Virus record (IMG/VR): IMGVR_UViG_3300029915_000005
Length of the DNA stretch: 64,000 nt
From: a virus
Reading direction: 5' to 3' (one strand)
In this document: positions 41,452-51,895 of the stretch, piece after piece
Layout: the number at the start of each line of letters is the position of its first letter
Position numbering within the stretch: the first letter of the stretch is position 1
Notes under the pieces: generated by a model
Databases searched by the model: none
Seen by the model: the letters and a program-made list of their open reading frames with translations, nothing else
Told to the model about the DNA's origin: nothing
Made by a program: the position numbers and the translations under genes

Positions 41452-42903
41452 ATGAGCACACCAGGATATATTCGGGCTGCTGGGGACCAAAATTATAATT
41501 TTGGAAATAATGATTTCACTGTGGAATTTTTTGCAAGTACTATAAGCAATAACTATCCTCAGACATTATTTGAAATTTCAAATAATGAATCTTTTGCAGC
41601 CAATAATTATAATCAAACTCGTTTTATAACAGCTATAGAAAATGGCAATATCAATTCTTATGCTTTACAAACTAATAACAATTCTTTATTATTTTCCATA
41701 AATGGTAATGAATTTTCTCCAAATGTTACTCACTTTATAAGTGCAGAAAGAAAGAACAATAAATTTTATCTGTTTTTGGATGGAGTTTCTCAAAGTCAAC
41801 CCGTTAATGCTGCTATTCCAATTCCTGCACAATATATTATAAATAACTCGAATAGTATGCAATTACCAAGAATAAACAGCTCAGCATTGATTACAATAGG
41901 TGCTGATAAAAATGGGGCAAATACTTTCATTGGAAGTTTTGGAGATTTTAGAGTAACCAATGGAATTGCGCGTCATGTAAGAGAATCACAAGTACAAAAC
42001 AAAATCACCAGTGAATTTACTGATATTGTCTTAGGAACTAGAGCAGAAGATATCAATATTGCTGGAGGAAATTTTATAGATAGTATATCAAGTCATTATC
42101 CAGAAGAATTGGTGCCAGGGCAAATGTTTGATGCTTTAAACATATCTGTGTATCAAAATTCAAATTGCGCAAATTTAAGTTCCAATATAGCTAATATTCA
42201 AGCAATAACAACAAATACACCAAATCCATCATTTAATGCAAATTCAGTATTGCTTGGTTTTAGAATATTTAAAGATACAATAGAGATTGGACCAATTGGA
42301 GAATATAATTTTAACACTGAAAATTCTCTAGGAATCTTTCCAGTTCCATGGTCGTCGATATCTTCTGATTCTGGAACTGTATCAATAAATGGAAATATTA
42401 TTGATTCTTCTCTATGGAATATACAAGCCAATAAATTATATTTATATGTTACTGCTCCATTAAATAGCAATATACAAATTATTGCAACTGGACCAACTTC
42501 GTATTATAGTATTGGTGCCAATGCCATAACCACGTTATCTAAAAATTTATATTCAACTGATTCTCTAATTTCAGCGAGTAATGTGGCTGGATTTATAACT
42601 CCAAACCCTTTAACAAACACCCGCGGAAAATTGTTTATTAATGGAGAATGTATAACTTATCTATATATTGATAGAATTGGAAATACTTTATCAGGATTAA
42701 GAAGAGGAGTTAATGGAACAGGAGTTCCAAATATATACATAGCCAATGCTAATATTCAAGTTATAAGTGCATCATATGATCGGGAACTTCCTGGCAATCC
42801 AGGAGAATTTATTTGGTATAATAATTCAAATTCAAATTTGGCTGCTACCAATTCTAATATTTCAAATTTTTTAATTAATCAAGGGACTATTCCTCCAGTA
42901 TAA
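41452..42903 (+). CDS. virion structural protein with N-terminal LamG-like domain
   Basis: FG.NDFTVEF, LFLDG, DFRVTNG.AR; PEELVPG..FD, INGE.I.Y, L..LRRG..GT. Confidence 0.65.
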   Translation: MSTPGYIRAAGDQNYNFGNNDFTVEFFASTISNNYPQTLFEISNNESFAANNYNQTRFITAIENGNINSYALQTNNNSLLFSINGNEFSPNVTHFISAERKNNKFYLFLDGVSQSQPVNAAIPIPAQYIINNSNSMQLPRINSSALITIGADKNGANTFIGSFGDFRVTNGIARHVRESQVQNKITSEFTDIVLGTRAEDINIAGGNFIDSISSHYPEELVPGQMFDALNISVYQNSNCANLSSNIANIQAITTNTPNPSFNANSVLLGFRIFKDTIEIGPIGEYNFNTENSLGIFPVPWSSISSDSGTVSINGNIIDSSLWNIQANKLYLYVTAPLNSNIQIIATGPTSYYSIGANAITTLSKNLYSTDSLISASNVAGFITPNPLTNTRGKLFINGECITYLYIDRIGNTLSGLRRGVNGTGVPNIYIANANIQVISASYDRELPGNPGEFIWYNNSNSNLAATNSNISNFLINQGTIPPV

Positions 42904-42911
42904 ATACATAT

Positions 42912-43046
42912 ATGAATATGAAACCTGATGAATTTCCAGCAATATCTGTTACTGAACATTTAAAAATTAAAGTAACTGAAAAAAATAGTAACTCATCAAT
43001 TATAACTGAAAAAGTTTGCCTTAACAAGAGAGTGAAAAATGAATAA
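42912..43046 (+). CDS. small late protein (44 aa), absent from the ORF track
   Basis: TATAAATA-5 nt-ATG; MNMKPDE...EHLKIK; overlaps next start. Confidence 0.5.
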   Translation: MNMKPDEFPAISVTEHLKIKVTEKNSNSSIITEKVCLNKRVKNE

Positions 43047-43644
43047 ACAAATACCAATGAGTTTTGGTCATGTTAAAATTACAGATGCAATAACTAATGA
43101 AATTTTAGTTGAAAAAACCAACGCTATAAATTTTGAAAATTTATCTGTTGCTATTGCTCAAAGTTTATTATCAGGACCATTAAATGCAACTTCTGGTCCT
43201 GGATTTATTTATACTATGGCTTTTGGAAACGGAGGAACAACAGTTAGTAATACAGGAATTATAATATATAATTCACCAAATACTATCGGAAGTTCAGCAA
43301 CGTTATATAATGAAACTTATAGCAAAGTTATCAATAATTATTTTTCATCTAATTTGGATCCTATCAATAATAACATTGTTTATAATCACATTCCTGGAAA
43401 AGCATATACTGATATTGTAGTTTCTTGTCAATTAGATTATAATGAACCATCTGGGCAAACTGCGTTTGATAATGCAAGTAGTTTAAATAGTAGTCAATTT
43501 TCTTTTGATGAAATAGGACTTGTTAGCTTTAACGGGCAACTGTTGACTCATTGCATTTATTCTCCTGTGTTAAAAAGCGCCAATAGATTATACAATATTA
43601 CTTACACACTAAGAATTTCAACATTATCTTCATTAATCGCGTAA
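43039..43644 (+). CDS. baseplate/tail-fibre attachment protein
   Basis: GHVKI.D, NAI.FEN, MAFGNGG, LDY.EP.GQ, FDEIGL, LTH....PV.KSANR...I.YTLRI. Confidence 0.6.
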   Translation: MNKQIPMSFGHVKITDAITNEILVEKTNAINFENLSVAIAQSLLSGPLNATSGPGFIYTMAFGNGGTTVSNTGIIIYNSPNTIGSSATLYNETYSKVINNYFSSNLDPINNNIVYNHIPGKAYTDIVVSCQLDYNEPSGQTAFDNASSLNSSQFSFDEIGLVSFNGQLLTHCIYSPVLKSANRLYNITYTLRISTLSSLIA

Positions 43645-43654
43645 GGATTTAAAT

Positions 43655-45253
43655 ATGGCATATGAAATTTTAAAAACTAATGGAACAGTATTAACATCAA
43701 TCCCAGATGGTCAATTGGTATCTTCTTATGGCGGATTAACTCTAATGGGCCACAAATATCCTGCCATCGGTACTATATTAAATACTGACTTGGTTCATAT
43801 TGTAGAAAATTTTGCAAGCACTACTCCTCCAACAAATCCATTAATTGGTCAATTATGGTATGATAGTGTTTCAAATACTATTAATTTTTGGAATGGTAAC
43901 GAATTTAATTCCATTAGTGTGATTACCAGCGCAGAAACCGCTCCACTAAGTCCAATAGGAGGAGATGAATGGTTTAACACTATAACTAATCAACTTTATA
44001 TTTGGTCTGGAAATCAATGGATTCTTGTCGGCCCACCAGGAGCATCTGGTGGTGGGACTGAAGGTTTGGTAGTTCAATCCATTAATGTAAATGGTAATCA
44101 AATTTATTATATTGAATTATATGCAAATAATCAATTATTAGGTATTATATCAACTGAAGAAATATTACAACCAGGAATTGATGGTTTTGGGAATATTAGA
44201 CCTGGTTTAAATTTTGTAATTTCACCAACTTTAGGATTGGCTTCTGGTGGTATTTTTAACATAAATGAACTAACTATTGGAGATTCTGATCAAATTGATA
44301 TAACTTTAGATTCTAAAGATAATTTGGTTCTTGCTTTAAATGAAAATAATAATGGTGGCAATATTCTGATTGCTGCTACAAATGGAAACACTCCTTCAGA
44401 AATTTCTTCATTAATTGGAACTGTTTATGTTAATAATTTAGTAGCAATTGGAAGTTTATCAGGGAATGTGCCTGGGGCAGACGGCCATATATTATTCAAT
44501 AACCATGGTATAACTGATGCTTTATTAAATTTATATGCTTCAACTGATCGATCCAGTATAAATATTCCAACTATATTAAATGTAAATAATATTAATGCCA
44601 ATAGCGAAATAATTAATGGTCCATTATCTGTTTCTGGTAGTTCAACAACAAATACATTGACTGTTAATCTAACTGCAAATATTTCTACTTTAGATGTTAC
44701 TGGAACTACCACAACATCAACATTAGATGTTACTGGAACCACCACAACATCAACATTAGATGTTACTGGAAATGCTACAATTGTGGGACCAGCATCTTTT
44801 CAACATCCTGTTACATTTAATTATTCATCTGCAAATGCTTTCATTCTTCCGCCATCTGCTGGTATAATTGGGCAAGCAGTTACTTCAAATGGAAACGGAA
44901 CTACTTCTTGGAGTAATATAGCTGGAGCAAAGTCTTTATCTCCATCATCAACTTCATTTACTGGAACTAATACCACTGGATCAGTGGCAGGTTACCAAAT
45001 ATTACCTGGTGGATTAATTTTGCAATGGGGGACTGTTACTGGAAGTGGCGGATTCAGCACGCCAAACGGAAGTTTTAATTATTTAATTGCTTTTCCTAAT
45101 ACAGTACTATCAGTAATTGGATCTATTTTATCAGCAAGTCAAGATGGATTTGTGATGTTTTCTTCTTATTCTTCTTCTGCGGCCAATTTTAAACTTCATT
45201 TTGACGCTGATATATCAGGATGGACTTTCAATTGGTTTGCAGTAGGATTCTAA
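43655..45253 (+). CDS. tail fibre / receptor-binding protein
   Basis: MAY.I.KTNG, ENFA...PP.NP..GQLWYD; C-terminal GYQILPGGLILQWG...FPN...WFAVGF tip domain. Confidence 0.75.
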   Translation: MAYEILKTNGTVLTSIPDGQLVSSYGGLTLMGHKYPAIGTILNTDLVHIVENFASTTPPTNPLIGQLWYDSVSNTINFWNGNEFNSISVITSAETAPLSPIGGDEWFNTITNQLYIWSGNQWILVGPPGASGGGTEGLVVQSINVNGNQIYYIELYANNQLLGIISTEEILQPGIDGFGNIRPGLNFVISPTLGLASGGIFNINELTIGDSDQIDITLDSKDNLVLALNENNNGGNILIAATNGNTPSEISSLIGTVYVNNLVAIGSLSGNVPGADGHILFNNHGITDALLNLYASTDRSSINIPTILNVNNINANSEIINGPLSVSGSSTTNTLTVNLTANISTLDVTGTTTTSTLDVTGTTTTSTLDVTGNATIVGPASFQHPVTFNYSSANAFILPPSAGIIGQAVTSNGNGTTSWSNIAGAKSLSPSSTSFTGTNTTGSVAGYQILPGGLILQWGTVTGSGGFSTPNGSFNYLIAFPNTVLSVIGSILSASQDGFVMFSSYSSSAANFKLHFDADISGWTFNWFAVGF

Positions 45254-45254
45254 A

Positions 45255-45848
45255 ATGAAAATATTTGAAGTAATTGATCCTTTAAATTTCAACTCGATAA
45301 AAGAATTTATAGAAATCAATTGCTCAGATATACTTAAATTTTATAAAGAAACTGGAAATATGCTATATCGAGGCATAAAAAACAATAAACCATATTTAAT
45401 TAACAATCCTGTTAAATATAGAACACCAGTAGATACTCCTGTGAACATTCAATATATAGTAGATGTGAAACTTGAGGCAGCAGGATTTACAGCATTAAGA
45501 TCAAACAGCATTTTTTGTTTTGGAAATTCTTATAATCCCAAATTTTATGGTAGAGTATATATGGTTTTTCCTTTCAATGGTTTTTCATATACTTGGTCTT
45601 TAAAAATTAAAGATTTATATGACGACTATGCTAGTGTATCTATGTTTTCAGGTAAAGCAATTAAAGATATGGAAAATATGTCTCCAAAAGAAGTCGTTGA
45701 TATTTTTGATTTTGTTTCAACAAATTTAAAAACTGCTTGTAATACTCCCAATGAAATACTAATTCATGGAAAATGTTTATTAGTAAACGCTGAATTATAT
45801 GAAAATAAAATAAATAAATTTATCTCTTTTTATTATTATCCCAATTAA
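45255..45848 (+). CDS. ADP-ribosyltransferase-like protein, paralogue 1, tagged N-terminus
   Basis: MKIFEV; LYRG, RSNSIFC, YG.VY..FP, NEILIHG. Confidence 0.5.
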   Translation: MKIFEVIDPLNFNSIKEFIEINCSDILKFYKETGNMLYRGIKNNKPYLINNPVKYRTPVDTPVNIQYIVDVKLEAAGFTALRSNSIFCFGNSYNPKFYGRVYMVFPFNGFSYTWSLKIKDLYDDYASVSMFSGKAIKDMENMSPKEVVDIFDFVSTNLKTACNTPNEILIHGKCLLVNAELYENKINKFISFYYYPN

Positions 45849-45853
45849 TTATC

Positions 45854-45882
45854 TTGACATCTTTATAAAAATAAACTATAAT
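45854..45882 (+). promoter_or_regulatory. consensus sigma70 promoter, leaderless arrangement
   Basis: TTGACA-17-TATAAT-6 nt-ATG(45889). Confidence 0.8.
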
Positions 45883-45888
45883 TAAAGC

Positions 45889-47196
45889 ATGATTAAATTT
45901 GTATCAGCGTTGTGTGGATCAGGAAAGACAGAATTTGCATTAAATCTGTCAAAAGAACTCATTAAAAAGAAAATGAGAGTTCTTTTCGTTTGTCCATCCC
46001 TCGAATTACAAAATGAAATATCTAAAAGATTAAATAATACACCACATCGTATTATAAATTATAAAAATACGATTGCTGGCCAAGGAGTAGTAGGATCAAT
46101 TGAAAAATATCTGCGACGACCAGCAAAATATGAAATTTTAATTATTACTCATGCTTCATTTAAATCCATTTCTCATTTTCCAAATAAAAAAAATTGGACT
46201 GTATTTATAGACGAAGAGACAGAAATTTTTGATTTTATGTCTTTTAATTCTTGCGATGCAGCAAATTATGGGTATGGCAATGATCTAATTGAAGATATGT
46301 TAAAAATAAGCACATTCTCTTTAAATGAAGGCGGATTTACGTCAATACAACCCAAATCATTATCCAAATCAGATAAAGGTTATTTAAAATCAATTTCATA
46401 TGGCGGGAAAGATAGTACATATGTATATCCTCCATTTCAAAAATTTATTCAGCATTTATTAAATCCAAATATGGCACTATATGGCGATACTACAACAATG
46501 GTTGCTTTTCGTTTTGGAGACACAAATGCAGAAATGTGGGCTGAATTAGATACTAATATTTTTGAGGATTTCGCTGATTTATATTTAATGGGAGCAGAGA
46601 TTCAAAGAAGCAAATTGGCTGCATATTTAAATTTAAAAGGAATTAAAACTGAAAATTTATTAATATCAAAAAGGTTTGAAACTCACGATCAACCTATTAT
46701 AATTAAATGGATGACAACACATTCTCCATGGAGCAAAAATTATTATAATGAACCAAATAAAATTGAATCCACAGTTACTAATTTTGAATTATATGACATG
46801 TTGGTTGGTTTAACCATTGGAGAAGAAGAAATACTAGTGCAAAATAATATTGGAAATCCATTTAAGCATATAAAAAATATGATTCAAATGAATTTTGAGA
46901 TTAAGGGATTAAATAAATATAATAATTATGCTCACTATGCTGAGTCAGGTGCTTACAATGTCCCGCCAGCTTGCAATAAAAAAATGACAGATTTGGGTTT
47001 TGATATGGAAGAATTGCAGTTGCATCATGCATTATCTCACGCATATCAAGGATTTCTTAGGTCGAGTATTAGGAATAATATATTTTTAAATAATATTATG
47101 TTTCTTCCAACTGAGCAAATGGCAATGAATATGAGAAATATATATTTTCCCAATGCTGCTGTCTCACAAATAGAGGGAGCAAAATATTTTTTTTAA
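45889..47196 (+). CDS. SF2 helicase-like protein (possible origin-binding protein)
   Basis: ALCGSGKT, VCPS..LQ.E, IITH, FIDE, Q...RS.IR. Confidence 0.65.
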   Translation: MIKFVSALCGSGKTEFALNLSKELIKKKMRVLFVCPSLELQNEISKRLNNTPHRIINYKNTIAGQGVVGSIEKYLRRPAKYEILIITHASFKSISHFPNKKNWTVFIDEETEIFDFMSFNSCDAANYGYGNDLIEDMLKISTFSLNEGGFTSIQPKSLSKSDKGYLKSISYGGKDSTYVYPPFQKFIQHLLNPNMALYGDTTTMVAFRFGDTNAEMWAELDTNIFEDFADLYLMGAEIQRSKLAAYLNLKGIKTENLLISKRFETHDQPIIIKWMTTHSPWSKNYYNEPNKIESTVTNFELYDMLVGLTIGEEEILVQNNIGNPFKHIKNMIQMNFEIKGLNKYNNYAHYAESGAYNVPPACNKKMTDLGFDMEELQLHHALSHAYQGFLRSSIRNNIFLNNIMFLPTEQMAMNMRNIYFPNAAVSQIEGAKYFF

Positions 47197-47259
47197 TGTA
47201 TAGCAATTTTGATGTTTAGGTAGTATAAATAGAATTAATATGGAAGATACATGGCAAGT

Positions 47260-47367
47260 AACAATTACTTTTATGGCTTAAATTATGGTGAAGTAAACAA
47301 TTACTTTTATGGCTTAAATTATGGTGAAGTAAACAATTACTTTTATGGCTTAAATTATGGTGAAGTA
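47260..47367. repeat. 3 x 36-bp exact tandem repeat (iteron-like)
   Basis: AACAATTACTTTTATGGCTTAAATTATGGTGAAGTA at 47260, 47296 and 47332. Confidence 0.9.
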
Positions 47368-47809
47368 AACATGGCGAAATAATACAATTTGAGTAATAAA
47401 AGTAATCGACTTTCAAACTATGTCTTTTTAGTTTCGATTTCAGTGGTAAAGAATTACTAGGCGGGTCCAACCTTCAATAGTAGCTATCATGGCTTGAGTA
47501 AAGTGACAGAATAGAGTGGGAAAGAACATAAGATAATCTTCAATAACCCACAAAAATATATAATGTTAATGAGAACTGTTATATATTTTGCGCTGTTAGT
47601 AAAATTATTAATATAAGTCGTAATACAGGCTTTGAGGGATACAGGATAGCCATCCCAAAATTCAAAGAAGATACGCTGGGTTTATACACAAAAAGTGTCC
47701 AGTTTATAATGCAAATAGTATTATAAGACGGTTGTAATATCAGTGATCGTTGTGGAGTTTGAAATATTAAAATTCTCATATAATATATTATTTTGATATA
47801 TTATTTTTC

Positions 47810-48262
47810 CGCAAAAGACGCCCAATGGCGTTCTTGTCTTTAAATAAATCTAAATTTTTAAAGCGTTTTATTAAAAAATAATCATTATTAAAAAATTATT
47901 GAGTGCGTAAGCACGAAATAATTTTATTTATAATTAGTATTTTTTGTAGGCGAACAGAGCGAAGCGAATGTTCGCTCTACGACAAAATTAAATATATAAA
48001 CTCTAAAAATAAATAGTGTTCTTAAAAAGAAAGAACTGGCCATAATTATATCTCTAATTCAAGAGATTAAATATTTGTTTATATAAATGTTGGTATTATT
48101 TTTCTTGGACTTCGGCTTCGCCCTGTATTGCTTCGCAATACAGACAAAGGCTAAAGGAATTAACTCGTTTTTCCTTGGGCTCGTGTCGCTCCGCTCCACT
48201 GCGCCAGTCAAAACTCGTTTATTGGTTTGCTTCGCCCCATTTCTTTTTTTGAAGAACCAAAG
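47810..48262. other. hairpin cluster around an AT-rich core, putative replication origin
   Basis: GTGC-GTAA-GCAC and GCGAAGC on + strand left of the core; GCTTCGC/GCTCCGC x4 right of the core. Confidence 0.5.
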
Positions 48263-48291
48263 GTTTATTCTTTTTTTGTATAAATACTTAT

Positions 48292-48753
48292 ATGGAAATA
48301 GATATATTAGATACTGGTCATTGGATTGCCCCATGGAAATTTGATGTAAATAAATTTGTTGGATTTCAATATAGAATTACTCAAATCTCTACAAATAGAC
48401 AATATATCGGCAAAAAATTTTTTTATTCTATAACAAGAAAAATAGTCAAAAACAAAAAAAATAGAAAAAAAATAATTAAAGAATCAAATTGGAAAAACTA
48501 TTGCGGGTCGTGTAAGTGGCTTCTATCTGAAATAGAAAAGTGTGGAAAAGAAGATTTTATATTTCAAATAGAATCATTGTGTGAATCTCGATCAAATCTT
48601 GCATGGAGAGAAGTAGAACGATTAGTTAAAGAAAATGTGTTGAGAGAGAAATTACAAGATGGGAGTCCAAAGTACTTTAACGGAATCATTCCGCCAGTAA
48701 AATTTAAAATTTGTGAAGAAACCCAAAATGAAAAGGAATATAAAATTGATTAA
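48292..48753 (+). CDS. short GIY-YIG-family nuclease
   Basis: GFQY.IT...TNRQYIGKK, ESNW.NY.GS, Y.N; TATAAATA-5 nt-ATG. Confidence 0.75.
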   Translation: MEIDILDTGHWIAPWKFDVNKFVGFQYRITQISTNRQYIGKKFFYSITRKIVKNKKNRKKIIKESNWKNYCGSCKWLLSEIEKCGKEDFIFQIESLCESRSNLAWREVERLVKENVLREKLQDGSPKYFNGIIPPVKFKICEETQNEKEYKID

Positions 48754-48769
48754 AACGAGGTAAATTCTA

Positions 48770-49390
48770 ATGGCTATTTCAAATTCAACCCCACTATTAA
48801 ATAGCCAATTAAAAAGTGCTTATCGAATATTGGCCAAAGAATGCCATCCAGATGTTAATCCAAATGATCCTGAAGCGACTGAAAAATTTCAAAAATTACA
48901 AGAAAAATATAAAGATTGTTTGCAAGCCATTATTCAAAATAAAAAAATATATTGTGTAACAGTTATTATATCTTTACAAGATTCTATTTTGGGTTGTGAC
49001 AGATATTTTTCATCTAATGATGAAAAACGTAGATTCATATTAAAAATTCCACCTGGAATTATCAGCAATGACACTATAAAATATAGAAATATTCAGATGG
49101 AAGAAAATTCTTTAAGTGTTTTGGAAGTTAAAGTTATCGTTGACTTTCCACCAAACTACTTATATAAGAATGGAAAATTATTTAGGTCTCTATCAATTCC
49201 TTTTTGGAAATTGTTTTTCGGTGGAGAAAAAGTTTTTAATGGTCCAGATAATGCGAGAATCAGAGTCGTAATTCCACCCAAAACAAAATCTGGAACATTA
49301 TTCTATATCCCAAATGAAGGATTGCTGGATAAATTAACCAAAAAAAGAGAAATTTTATATATTAGAATTAAATCTTCAATATTTTGTTGA
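48770..49390 (+). CDS. dnaJ: DnaJ-family co-chaperone
   Basis: K.AYR.LA...HPD.N, F..LQE.Y; C-terminal ISL.D...G, IPPG, IPP.T.SG, IP.EG. Confidence 0.8.
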   Translation: MAISNSTPLLNSQLKSAYRILAKECHPDVNPNDPEATEKFQKLQEKYKDCLQAIIQNKKIYCVTVIISLQDSILGCDRYFSSNDEKRRFILKIPPGIISNDTIKYRNIQMEENSLSVLEVKVIVDFPPNYLYKNGKLFRSLSIPFWKLFFGGEKVFNGPDNARIRVVIPPKTKSGTLFYIPNEGLLDKLTKKREILYIRIKSSIFC

Positions 49391-49461
49391 CAATCACGCT
49401 ATATTTTGTTGACAATCGCGCCAAACAATGATAATATCTAAATATATCGAAAGGACAAAAC

Positions 49462-51714
49462 ATGCCAGAATTTAATAATCAATCATTTTTAATTAAGAAT
49501 ATCATTGATATGAGTTTTCAGTTGGCTATTGGTTTAAATCAAACCACTATCACTTCTGAACATATTTTATATATAGCAATTCAAAATTCTAAAGTAAAAG
49601 AATTTTTTAATAATCAAGGTATTGAAACTCAAAGTTTATTAAATGATATTTTTAATTACATCAAATCTCAATCCCATTTATTGAAAAATCAAATTTTTAA
49701 TGAAAATCCAGACGTTATGACTGGTCAAATTACTGCATCAGTTCAAATGATCATTGTTAATGCTGCAACTGACGCCCGAAAAAATAATCGTGAAATTTCA
49801 CATTATGATATATTTAACAATATTTTGAAAAATACTGAATCATATGCCAGTTATTTTATGACAAAATATGGAATTGATGAGGAAATGATTAAAAAAATGA
49901 ATGATGCTGTTGATATTAATAAATCAGCTTTGGATGAATTTTGTATTAATCTTAACGAAAAAGTAAAAAAGAATTATGATGTTCTTATTGGCAGAGAGAC
50001 AGAATTGTTCAGTATTGCTCATACTTTGGCAAAAAAGAAGAAGAGCAATGTTTTAATGATTGGCGATCCTGGAGTGGGAAAGTCGCAGATTGTGGAAGGT
50101 TTGGCACACAATATTAATATTGGAAAAGTACCCAAAATTCTAAAAGATAAGATTATTTTTAGTTTGGATGTGGGTGGTGTGCTGGCTGGTTGCAGATATC
50201 GCGGAGATTTTGAAGAAAAAATCAAAAATATTATTTCAGAATTAGTTGCAAATCCAAAAGCTATTTTATTTGTAGACGAAGCTCATCAGATGGATGCTGG
50301 TGAAGGAAAGAGTCAATCAGGTGTTGGTTTTTCAGCAATGTTGAAGCCAGAACTTTCTCGCGGAAACATTAAAGTTCTAGCAGCGACTACATGGGAAGGA
50401 TACCGTCAAACATTTGAAAAAGATTCTGCTTTGATGCGCAGATTTAGGGTTCTGAATATCGATGAGCCTTCTCATGAAGAAACTATTTTGATTCTTAATG
50501 GCAATAAACTTTCCATGGAGAAATTTCATCATTGCAAAATTAATCAAGATGCAATTAAAGCAGCCGTTGAATTAACTGGAAGATATCAAACTGATAGAAA
50601 ATTTCCAGATAAAGCAATTGATGTTATTGATAGCGCGTGCGCAAGAACTCAAGTTTTATCATTAAAAAATAAAATTGTTAATAGAGAATCTATAGTTGCT
50701 GAAGTTTCAGAAATCACTGGGATTCATATTAAAGATACTGATACAAAAACTTCAATGGATATTTTGACAATTGGAAGTATATTAAAAAATAAAGTATTTC
50801 ATCAAGATAACGCTATTGATTCTGTATCTGAAGGCTTGATTATTGCTCAATCTGGTCTGCGTGATCCAAATAAACCAATTGGAAGTTATGTATTTACTGG
50901 TCCTTCTGGCGTAGGAAAAACATTTCTCGCCAAGCAAATCGCTGCTCATATGAATATGTCATTACTTAAATATGATATGAGTGAATTTCAAGAAAAGCAT
51001 ACTCTTGCTCGTTTGATTGGAGCACCTCCTGGATATGTAGGGTTTGGTGATGGCGGGACAGGCGAAGGTCAACTTATTAATGATATTATCAAACATCCGA
51101 ATTCAGTAATTTTGTTCGATGAAATGGAAAAAGCACATCCTGATATTTTTACTATTCTTCTCCAATTATTAGATGATGGCAAAATTACAGGAACAACTGG
51201 AAAAGTAGCTGATTGCAGAAATTCAATTGTGGTAATGTGCAGCAATCTTGGCTCTAAAGAAAGTGAAAAATTGAATTTAGGATTCAATACCAATAATAGT
51301 GGAAAGAGTGAAACTTCAAAAGCAGTTGATTCATTTATGTTAACAGAACTTCGTGGAAGAATCACTGGTATTGTTGAATTTAACAAATTGGACGATATTA
51401 GCCTTCGTAGAATAGTTAATGAAAGAATTTTAGATATTGAATCTTTATTAAAGGATAAGAGCATTAAGCTCATCCCCAGTGAAAATTTAATAGATCATAT
51501 TCTTTCACTAAATACTGATAGTCAATATGGTGCTCGAAAGATTGCAAAAATTGTTGATTCAACAATTAAGTATCCTTTAAGCGTAAAATTATTAAATGGC
51601 GATATATCTAATAATTCAAATGTTCATTTGGATTGGTGTAATAATGTTTTAACTGTAAATCATTCTATTTCTACTGTTAAAATAATGAAAAAAGTTGCCC
51701 AACCAACAATTTAG
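49462..51714 (+). CDS. clpA: ClpA/ClpB-family double AAA+ chaperone
   Basis: GDPGVGKS, YRGDFEE, FVDEAH, DSALMRRF, PDKAID, GPSGVGKT, LIGAPPGYVG, DEMEKAHP, GAR. Confidence 0.88.
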   Translation: MPEFNNQSFLIKNIIDMSFQLAIGLNQTTITSEHILYIAIQNSKVKEFFNNQGIETQSLLNDIFNYIKSQSHLLKNQIFNENPDVMTGQITASVQMIIVNAATDARKNNREISHYDIFNNILKNTESYASYFMTKYGIDEEMIKKMNDAVDINKSALDEFCINLNEKVKKNYDVLIGRETELFSIAHTLAKKKKSNVLMIGDPGVGKSQIVEGLAHNINIGKVPKILKDKIIFSLDVGGVLAGCRYRGDFEEKIKNIISELVANPKAILFVDEAHQMDAGEGKSQSGVGFSAMLKPELSRGNIKVLAATTWEGYRQTFEKDSALMRRFRVLNIDEPSHEETILILNGNKLSMEKFHHCKINQDAIKAAVELTGRYQTDRKFPDKAIDVIDSACARTQVLSLKNKIVNRESIVAEVSEITGIHIKDTDTKTSMDILTIGSILKNKVFHQDNAIDSVSEGLIIAQSGLRDPNKPIGSYVFTGPSGVGKTFLAKQIAAHMNMSLLKYDMSEFQEKHTLARLIGAPPGYVGFGDGGTGEGQLINDIIKHPNSVILFDEMEKAHPDIFTILLQLLDDGKITGTTGKVADCRNSIVVMCSNLGSKESEKLNLGFNTNNSGKSETSKAVDSFMLTELRGRITGIVEFNKLDDISLRRIVNERILDIESLLKDKSIKLIPSENLIDHILSLNTDSQYGARKIAKIVDSTIKYPLSVKLLNGDISNNSNVHLDWCNNVLTVNHSISTVKIMKKVAQPTI

Positions 51715-51722
51715 GAGAATTT

Positions 51723-51893
51723 ATGGCAAGAATACATACGACTAAAATAGTGCTATCTTTGAGTACTATTTTGAAAGATAAAGAATCAGAGCCAGAAGAA
51801 ATGATATCTGTTGGAAAATTGATAACTCTTTTGGAAGCAGTTGAAGCAATAATTGACGATCAAAAAATTATTGTGGAAATGATAGCGGAATAA
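51723..51893 (+). CDS. small hypothetical protein (56 aa), absent from the ORF track
   Basis: SD AGGAG; MARIHTTKIVLSLS...IIVEMIAE. Confidence 0.65.
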   Translation: MARIHTTKIVLSLSTILKDKESEPEEMISVGKLITLLEAVEAIIDDQKIIVEMIAE

Positions 51894-51895
51894 TT

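Noticed and set aside
26268-44745. Numerous 60-110 aa antisense or alternate-frame ORFs inside structural genes
   Set aside because: Shadow ORFs from codon bias, without initiation signals.
44690-44770. 33-bp repeat in the tail fibre (LDVTGTTTTST)
   Set aside because: Ordinary fibre shaft repeat.
47260-47367. 36-bp repeats as a CRISPR array
   Set aside because: The repeats are directly adjacent with no spacers, and no cas genes are present.
47216-48344. Short ORFs in the origin-like region
   Set aside because: No SD or promoter support; they are translations of repeats and hairpins.
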